Assembly (NCBI GenBank): GCA_009103225.1
Contig: RHPI01003256.1
Span: forward strand, 1 to 7,245
Origin: Chlorokybus atmophyticus
Lineage: Eukaryota; Plantae; Mesostigma and Chlorokybus algae
Direction: 5' to 3'
Length of the DNA stretch: 7,245 nt
Shown here: in pieces, positions 1 to 6,156 of the stretch
How positions within the stretch are numbered: position 1 is the stretch's first letter
How the letters are laid out: every line of letters begins with the position of its first letter
The notes under the pieces: model-generated
The model's database searches: none
The model's input: only the letters and a program-made list of their open reading frames with translations
Told to the model about the DNA's origin: nothing
Translations under genes and position numbers: made by a program

Positions 1-1218
1 AAGATGGCAAAGATCATTGCAGGCATTGACGACCTGTTGCAATCATGTACTATTACGAAGCGAGCCGTGGTGCGCATTATTGACAAGTTTGTGGCAATCA
101 AGCTGGCATTCGCCCCTGCCTACTTGTATGCTATGCACTTGTACCAACTGCTGAGTGGAGCTGTAGAGTGGGATGAGGTGTTCCCGACCTCTGCGGACTT
201 AAAAAGTTTCCTGTCTTGTGTGAGGGCACGCCTCCCTCAATACAATGGCGATTCATGGTAGAAGCCTCCCACCGCAGTGGAGCTGAAAGTTGATGCTTCG
301 GGCTCTATTGAGTGGGGTGCCACGGGCCCCTGGCCACACTTGATTGGCAATTTCTCTCAGTCACAGATAACTCTGCCACCCTCGGTAAAAGAGGCGCTCG
401 CATACATTGCGGCCTTTCTTGAGTTTGTGCGCACGCGTCCGCAGCTGCAGCATGCTATCGTGCGTATTGTGGGGGACTGTCAGCCGGCGGTGCGCATGCT
501 GCAGCAGCTTTCAGCAAGGCATGCGGCAGTACGGCAAGCGCTACAACAATTGTGGCATACCTGTTGGGAAAAGGATTTAGATGTGCAGTGCGTATGGGAG
601 CCGCGACAGCAATTGGAACTTGAAGACAGGCTTTCCAAGTTCACAGATAGGGGGGATTGGTCTCTGTGCGAGGAAGTTACATCAGCCATTATGACAGGCA
701 TGGGAACTCCGGTGCTTGATGTCTTTGCAGCTGACTGGAATGCCAAGACAGATGCTTATTTCTCTTTTTTGCCTATGCCTGGAAGCATTGGCAATGCGCT
801 TTCCTCGGACTGGCGCGCAAGGCTCGCAGAGTTGGGAGGTGACCTGGTATGGTGTCATCCTCCGCTTGCTGTGTTGCACGAAGCCATGGCATTGTTAGTG
901 CACTGGCGCGTCAATGCGATTGTCATTGTGCCAGAATGGCGCTCTGCTGTATGGTGGCCAGCTTTCATGGCCTTGCCCGTCAAGCAGCGCATGCTAGCGC
1001 GCAACAAGCCTCAATGGTTCAAGAAAGGCCCCAGAATTCCGCCCTCCACTATTAACCCGGGCATGTATCCTTACCAGGTGGTTCTGGTGCGGTGGGAGGT
1101 AAGCTTCTTTGCTGCAAGTACAGCTGCATGCTCTCGGGTCGCTTCCACAATCCTTGTGCTTGTATCTCTTCTAGGGTGGCACCGCGGAGTAGAGCGTACT
1201 GAGCCGCTCCCCGTCTAA
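1..1218 (+). pseudogene. pol: DIRS/PAT-like retrotransposon pol, C-terminal half: RT connection, RNase H, N6-adenine methyltransferase-like domain; one premature stop
   Basis: ORFs 4..261 and 277..1218 share a frame and are separated only by TAG 259-261, which is TGG in the duplicate at 1935-1937. DIRS-type RNase H motifs: VDASGSIEWG (D 292-294), KEAL, VGDCQPAV (D 475-477), WEPRQQ..EDRLSK. MTase-like motifs follow: LDVFA (715-729), NAK..YFS, GNALSSDW, WCHPP (850-864), AIVIVPEWRSAVWWP. Confidence 0.9.
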
Positions 1219-1912
1219 ACGAGTGCAACCCCAGGTGCGGCCGATAAATGTTGCATGCCTTGCAATGCTTGACAAAGGCGTGATAAGTACAGTCATAATC
1301 CATGGGCTTGTTAACCCACTCTTTCCGACTTTGTGCCAGAGGCCTGAACAGTGGCCCGCTGCTGATGGCGAAAGGGCTTCCTTGCATGGCACTCAGATAC
1401 CATTGTAGTACATCCGAAAACTGGCAGGGTAGTTGACTGTCTCTGATAGAGATGGTTGGAACTCCCCCCTTGCTATAGTTTTTGAGATATGTAATGCTAC
1501 TGGCAAGCGCCCCTTATACTATATAAAAGTCTTCTGCGTGCGTGCGTGCGCCCTCGCCACCTCTTTGCCATGTGCACCACAAGTACATGCAGAGACTATA
1601 GTCTCTCCAGCAACCGGCAACTTTGAATGTCATGGGTCTTGGATTTCTGGCAGGCAGTAGCTGTGTGAAGTGCTTTACAAGCGTCTGCATGTCCTCAATG
1701 GTGAGCGGGGTAGCTGCAGTTGGCTGTACACCCTGTTGAGCTGACAGCTTGGCATAGCCCGTTTTGAATTGAGCAACAGCATATGACTGGCATGGGTTGC
1801 CTTGGCGCACATCTCTCCATGATCCTTGCATTCCCAACAACTCAAATGCACTGCTCAGCTGCTTAAGAACTTGCTCGATACTAGCCGGTGCAATCCTCGG
1901 TTGCCCATCACA
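1052..1912 (-). pseudogene. Tyrosine recombinase (phage-integrase fold) of the DIRS/PAT-like element; 5'-truncated, one internal stop
   Basis: ORFs 1514..1840 and 1052..1387 are one frame broken only by TAA 1514-1516 (EDFYIV*GALASSITYLKNYSKGG...WYLSAMQG). The frame extends upstream to 1912 (CDGQPRIAPASIEQVLKQLSSAFELLG). Catalytic-type residues are visible: R in WQRGGE, HSFRRG (HxxR), W in GLWK, Y in SMQLYL (1118-1120). N-terminal GNPCQS..V..FKTGY and ATPLT motifs are also present. Confidence 0.9.
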
Positions 1913-2149
1913 TCAATACAATGGCAATTCATGGTGGAAGCCTCCCACCGCAGTGGAGCTGCAAGTTGATGCTTCGGGCTCTATTGGGTGGGGTGCCACG
2001 GGCCCCTGGCCACACTTGATTGGCAACTTCTCTCAGTCACAGATAACTCTGCCACCCTCGGTAAAAGAGGCGCTCGCATACATTGCGGCCTTTCTTGAGT
2101 TTGTGCGCACGCGTCCGCAGCTGCAGCATGCTATCGTGCGTATTGTGGG
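1913..2149 (+). repeat. Direct repeat of 237-473 (start of RNase H), 232/237 identical
   Basis: Manual alignment at offset 1676 gives five differences: 250G/1926A, 260A/1936G, 286A/1962C, 311A/1987G, 351T/2027C. The copy ends at the N at 2150. Confidence 0.95.
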
Positions 2150-2150
2150 N
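2150..2150. other. Single N, probable contig join
   Basis: The RNase H copy stops abruptly at the N and unrelated sequence follows. Confidence 0.75.
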
Positions 2151-2355
2151 CTACGTTCACATGCTCTGCCAGGCTATGGCCAGAGTAAAGACAACTGCTG
2201 CCAGTCCATGGCCAGCAGCAACATAAGGACCAGTAAGCGTGCACGTACTCAAGTCATCAATGGTCTTCTGTAGACCACAACAATGCGTGCGCGCAAACAC
2301 ATGCGCCGCGCCCAACAACTAGCAACAGCAACAACAAGCAAGGAACTAAACTCAC

Positions 2356-2440
2356 CTGTTGTGTGCCGCCGCGTCTCCCGCCCTGTATGAGATCTTCTGG
2401 TACAGCTCCTGCAGCCGAACAAGCCAAGCAAACTCGTCCT
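2356..2440 (-). CDS. Possible internal exon of an unidentified spliced gene (xDEFAWLVRLQELYQKISYRAGDAAAHN)
   Basis: Acceptor TTTTTCAG (AG at 2442-2441) follows a T-rich tract. Donor CAG|GTGAG lies at 2355. The 85 nt between them are open in one protein-like frame. No family was recognised. Confidence 0.3.
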
Positions 2441-2448
2441 CTGAAAAA

Positions 2449-2503
2449 CGCCGCCGCCGCCGCCGCCGCTAGCGAAGACAACAAAGACAACAAAGACAAG
2501 AAG
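2449..2503. repeat. Simple repeats: (CGC)7 at 2449-2469 and GACAACAAA x2 plus a degenerate third unit at 2477-2503
   Basis: Read directly from the sequence. Confidence 0.9.
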
Positions 2504-2528
2504 AACAACTGCGAAAGCTGCTCAGCGT

Positions 2529-2989
2529 CGTAAGTAGCGGTAAGCTATGGCTGCTTACGGGCGCTGCGAACGTCAGCGGTGCTGACGTTCGCAGCGGTCA
2601 GTTTATTTAATTTAAATGTCCTCTGCCATGCGGCAGTGGACGCGCGAGCGGTCAGCTAATCAACCGGCCGCTCGAGTATCTGACAATACAAGGTGCACTG
2701 TACAAGGTGCGCGCGGTCCCCACGCACCTTGTACAATACAAGTGTGTACCCTATAGAAGTACGGTACCTTTTACAGCAGAAGGTATCGGCGTACAACTTT
2801 GCTGCAATTGCGCTCCGTAATTGCGCGGCTTGTAGGCCGCTCGCGCCCGGTCGCACCAGACCTGTCACCTGGTGTGACCGGCCGCACAAGGTACAAACCA
2901 TGGTGCGGACGTCCGCGGCCGTATATCCGCGCCATACTTGGCGCGGATCTTATTGGACCAGGGTTCGGGCGGCCTCCTTGGCGCGGCCG
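2529..2989. repeat. Dense array of about a dozen unrelated short inverted repeats (hairpins)
   Basis: Perfect stems: 2562-2577/2581-2596 (16 bp), 2699-2711/2723-2735 (13 bp), 2925-2934/2939-2948 (10 bp). Near-perfect stems: 2529-2559, 2618-2641, 2645-2674, 2762-2788, 2804-2824, 2825-2840, 2847-2881. A 12 bp palindrome lies at 2905-2916. Confidence 0.85.
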
Positions 2990-3868
2990 GACGTAAACCT
3001 CGTGATGTTAGCAACATGCGGGTGTTGGGCTGCACTGCGTATGTGCTGGTGCCCAAAGAGAAGAGAAAGAAGCTGGAACCTGTCAGCCAGAAAGGTGTCT
3101 TCCTTGGGTATGAACCAGGCTCAAAGGCTTACAGAGTGTTGGTGGACGAGACCAAGAAGATTGTCGTTAGTAGAGATGTTGTCTTCTATGAAGGCGTGGG
3201 AGCAGCAGGATCCCGATCACAGTGACACTTCTGGTGATAGAGATGGGAGCTCTGATGATGAAGACGAAGGTCAGCATCGTCATGAGTACAACACTGGTAC
3301 CACTATGCCTTACTGGGGCAAAAGTGATTCTGAGTCTGAGGATAGGGAGCTTAACCCTAGAAGAAAGAGCAGTGCTGCAGTGAGTGGTGGGCAAAGGCAT
3401 CATCAGCAGCATAGTCAACACCAAAGCCAGCGAGCATATCCATGGCGTGAGAGGAATCTGCCTGACTGGTAACATGCGAAGTCATTTATGGCAAGTTTCG
3501 ATATACAAAAAATGGAGCCTGCAACGTATGAAGAAGCACTAAAGGCAGATGATTCAGAGCAATGGCGCCAGGCAATGGATGAAGAAATTGCATCGCTGCA
3601 TGCCAATGGTACTTGGGAACTAGAGGTTCCACCTCCAGGAACAAAGCCCATCCCTGTGAAGTGGGTGTACAAGGTGAAAAGAGATGGTCAAGGCAACATT
3701 GAACTCTTCAAGGCCAGGCTCGTTGCCATGGGATTCCTGCAACAGCCAGGAGTGGACTTCAATGAAGTATTTGCTCCAGCTGGGAGGTTGGCAACTTTCA
3801 GAGCAATTGTGGCAGTTGTTGCTGTGGACAATCTGGAGTTTCATCATCTTGATGTCAAGACAGCCTTG
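2989..3868 (+). mobile_element. pol: Ty1/copia retrotransposon pol fragment: integrase C-terminal SH3-like domain, acidic linker, N-terminal part of RT; degenerate
   Basis: DVSNMRVLGCTAYVLVPKEKRKKLEPVSQKGVFLGYEPGSKAYRV...SRDVVFYE is the copia SH3-like region. A +1 frameshift near 3190-3222 leads into a D/E/S-rich linker ending YPWRERNLPDW. After an in-frame TAA (3470-3472) comes EPATYEEAL..WRQAMDEEIASL..NGTWEL..KWVYKVK..FKARLVAMGFLQQPGVDFNEVFAP..LDVKTA (copia RT). The integrase-before-RT order is copia-type. The left boundary is approximate (2989-3004). Confidence 0.92.
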
Positions 3869-4516
3869 TGTTGAGAATAGATCATGTTATGTATGTTTAT
3901 GACTCATGACTTGTATGCAGTCAGCTTGTCTACTAGAACTCTGAATAGCTTATCTAATGTCATTATATAAGCTATCCTATACTGCAGTTGTGTATAGGCT
4001 GCAGGCAGTTAGGACTGGCACAGTCCGGGCTGGTCTTTCTGGTAAGACTCGAGTTAAGGCCCAGAGCCGACGCAGCCCGCGTCCTTTCAGTACAGTCTAC
4101 CCTCGAGTCAGTTCTCTAGCGGTGCTACACAGTACTGTTAAAAAATTCCTACATCCGGTCAGCTTGCCCTCTGCATAGGAATACACGGAGAGAACCTCGA
4201 TGACTCCGCACTGAGTTCGAGGAGACTGCAGAGCAAGGGCTTACAAGAACCGTTGGATCTTAGTGGATACGGAGACATATAACACGTGGCGTAGCTTGTT
4301 GAGTAGATCTTGAAGTTAGCTACGTGGTGCAACTTACAGCACAGAATTTGACTGAGTAGATTGTACGGTGTAGCTTGTAGACCAGCAGTGTGTGTATTCG
4401 GTGCAGAATCTGGCGGGTATAAGACCCGGCGGACTTGTGCCCTTAATACAAGCTGTAGTGTTGTAATGTAGCATGTTACCCATGTGCATGTGCTTGTCAA
4501 CGTGTGTATGTCAACA
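3869..4516 (+). mobile_element. 5' LTR (648 bp) of a second copia element inserted into the RT of the first
   Basis: Begins TGTTGA (3869-3874) exactly where RT homology breaks after DVKTA(L). Ends TCAACA (4511-4516), a perfect 6 bp terminal inverted repeat. A PBS follows immediately, then gag. Confidence 0.82.
4418..4466 (+). promoter_or_regulatory. Candidate LTR signals: TATAAG (4418-4423) and chlorophyte-type polyadenylation element TGTAA (4462-4466)
   Basis: Motif order and position near the LTR 3' end fit U3-R-U5. An alternative TATATAA lies at 3964-3970. These motifs are short and could occur by chance. Confidence 0.35.
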
Positions 4517-4529
4517 GGTTATGGGCCCA
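4517..4529 (+). promoter_or_regulatory. Primer-binding site complementary to the anticodon arm of initiator tRNA-Met (half-tRNA priming type)
   Basis: GGTTATGGGCCCA directly abuts the LTR end and is the reverse complement of UGGGCCCAUAACC in eukaryotic tRNA-iMet. This PBS type is known from Drosophila copia and Volvox Osser. Confidence 0.88.
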
Positions 4530-4587
4530 CACATGCATGTGTAGGTTGAAGTGTGTTGCGGTTGTGTGTGTAGCTGAGGTTGCTTCG

Positions 4588-4798
4588 TGAAGACTCTGAA
4601 GACTTCGAAGACTGAAGATTGAAGTTCGGAACATTCTGAAGACTTTGAAGGCCTTTGAAGATTGGCGTGAGAAAGTTGCAAGCTTGGCGAAAGGCAAAGA
4701 AAGAAGGCGAGCTCAAAGACTTTACAAGCTTTGGCGAGAGTTGAAAAGAAGGTTGCAAGGTTTGCGAGAGGCAAAGAAGGCAACTTGAAGAATTGAAG
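4588..4798 (+). repeat. Purine-rich repetitive 5' leader of the second copia element
   Basis: Multiple GAAGACT/TGAAG units at 4588-4660, and a 31 bp imperfect direct repeat at 4671-4701 vs 4748-4778 (27/31 identical). Confidence 0.7.
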
Positions 4799-4799
4799 C

Positions 4800-4960
4800 A
4801 TGGACGGCTTGAAGATCACAATTGAAGCACTTGAAGTTGACAACTATAGCACGTGGAGTGTGAAGATGGAGTTGCTACTAGTCACAAAGACTTATGAAAG
4901 TATGTCGACCCCAAAGAAGAAGTGCCTGCAGGGCAAGGAAGTATTTGGGCGACGATTGTG
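4800..4960 (+). pseudogene. gag: Truncated copia gag N-terminus
   Basis: MDGLKITIEALEVDNYSTWSVKMELLLVTK matches the copia gag L..xNY.xW..KM..LL pattern. With a one-base shift near 4888 it continues DL*KYVDPKEEVPAG...WATIV (expected LW). Homology is lost at the G-run at 4960-4966. Confidence 0.75.
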
Positions 4961-5035
4961 GGGGGGAAGGTTCGAGTTGGGCGGCGGCGGCGGCGCTAGG
5001 GGGAGGGGCGGGTTGGCGAGTGCGTTTACTGTGGC

Positions 5036-5197
5036 GGGCGGCTAGTCCAGGGGCTCCGCCCTTGGGTGGTCGCCCAGCCGCCTGTTCAGGCTGTTGGGTT
5101 TGAGCTTCTCGTGCTATACGGCGCTGCCCCCAGGCAGTTGTTCCGAAAATAGTACGATGACTGCCGACGCTGCAGCTGACGATGCTGCAGCCGGCGG
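5036..5197. repeat. Second GC-rich hairpin cluster
   Basis: 18 bp stem 5036-5054/5058-5075 (one bulge, four G-T pairs); 6 bp stem 5123-5138; stem 5161-5176/5184-5197 built on two GCTGCAGC copies. Confidence 0.65.
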
Positions 5198-5199
5198 CG

Positions 5200-5200
5200 N
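5200..5200. other. Single N, probable contig join
   Basis: The 50 nt right of the N are the exact reverse complement of window bases 1-50. Sequence left of the N is unrelated. Confidence 0.85.
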
Positions 5201-6156
5201 GTACATGATTGCAACAGGTCGTCAATGCCTGCAATGATCTTTGCCATCTTGTCCTCAGGCACTGAAAATGTTGCATGGTGGGTGTCGATCAACAGGCCCA
5301 ACAGCTCAGCAACAGTTAAGTAACGACCAGCTGAGCATGCAACTTGCTCTTTGCCGTACTCATAAAAACTGCCAAGGCTTTGAATAGCTTGAGAAGCAGC
5401 AACGCTCTCCACATCAAATGTTGCTTCAGCTTGTGACTCAAGTGGAAGTCGTCAATGTAGTGCAAGCACCCAATGCCCAATGTCCTCAGCGGCGTGAACA
5501 CCACGCCCATCACTTGTGTAAAAACCCAGCATGCCTGATTGAGGCCAAAAGGCATGACATTCCACCTGTAAATGACTCCCTCGTATTGCATAGCCAAGAA
5601 AGGCTTGCTGTCGGGATGCATGGGCACATGATGATAGCCCAATTTTAAGTCCATTGTCACTTGCCAGTAGTCGCGCTTAGTGTAGAACAGCGCGTTTGAC
5701 AGTGTCTGATAGGAGAAAGGCAAATGGTCCAAGAAGAGGTTCACATACCTCAAATCCAGAATCAGCCTCATCTTGGGCTAAGTGACCACCCCAATGCCTG
5801 TAATTACTTGCACCTCCGCAGGCTAAACAATGGATACCGCACCTGTGCGCTGCAGGTCCATAAATTCCTCTTGCACGAACTCCTTGTGCAGCGTTGCAGA
5901 CGCTCGGTTTCAGTCTAACTGGTGTGGGCTCCTTCCTATTCACAATCTCTGCTACATAGTGAGGCAACAAGCCTTCTTTAACAAGAGAAGCCTTCACTTC
6001 TTCCACCTTCACTAATTTTGCCGCAGCAGTGCCACACCACTTCAGCTTGTATCCCTCCTTCATCCAGCGCAGCACATGCGCATTTCTCTCTTGTTTGGTA
6101 AGGCGAAGCCATGTCTGCCACGCTTCCGCGTGCAATGCAGGTGTGCCCGCCACAAA
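5201..6156 (-). pseudogene. pol: DIRS/PAT-like reverse transcriptase, degenerate (two frameshifts, in-frame stops)
   Basis: FVAGT..LHAEAW..VLRWMKEGYKL starts at 6156. After a frameshift near 5910 it reads NRASATLHKEFVQEEFMDLQRTGAVSIV*PAEVQVITGIGVVT*PKMRLILDLRYVN (TAG at 5825-5823 and 5780-5778). Then MDLKLGYHHV, MPFGL and YIDD (5459-5448). A second frameshift near 5316 leads into LLGLLIDT..FSVPEDKMAKII, identical to the start of the 1..1218 frame. Confidence 0.92.

Noticed and set aside
277-1218. Alternative nuclear genetic code (TAA/TAG = Gln, as in some ulvophytes) to explain the in-frame stops
   Set aside because: This ORF has 16 Gln codons and no internal TAR. One stop is shown by the duplicate to be TGG>TAG. 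Real frameshifts in the same genes show ordinary decay.
1591-1606. Perfect 16 bp palindrome AGAGACTATAGTCTCT inside the recombinase gene, as a possible recombination site
   Set aside because: It has no spacer, lies in coding sequence, and about 0.1 such palindromes are expected by chance in 7.2 kb.
2529-2989. CRISPR array, integron attC array or tRNA cluster
   Set aside because: There is no repeated unit with spacers, no consistent attC core boxes and no cloverleaf with D/T-arm consensus. The context is eukaryotic.
2693-3190. N-terminal two-thirds of the 259 aa ORF and other short ORFs over the hairpin array
   Set aside because: There is no recognisable domain, and GC-rich palindromic sequence readily gives open frames. 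Only the part after ~3200 is the copia linker.
4968-4979. GGTTCGAG as a Pol III B-box of a SINE or tRNA
   Set aside because: It is a partial match only, with no convincing A-box, T-stem or T-run terminator.
2449-4995. (CGC)7 at 2449 and (GGC)5 near 4980 as terminal inverted repeats of a DNA transposon
   Set aside because: Both are simple microsatellites; their flanks are not complementary and there is no target-site duplication.
5143-5199. Hammerhead ribozyme core (GAAA at ~5145, CTGACGA at 5176-5182)
   Set aside because: The required stems II and III and the NUH cleavage triplet cannot be formed.
5304-5336. 7 bp inverted repeat GCTCAGC/GCTGAGC around the RT frameshift, as a micro-inversion or programmed shift signal
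   Set aside because: Inverting the enclosed segment does not restore the frame and no slippery heptamer is present. A simple indel is sufficient.
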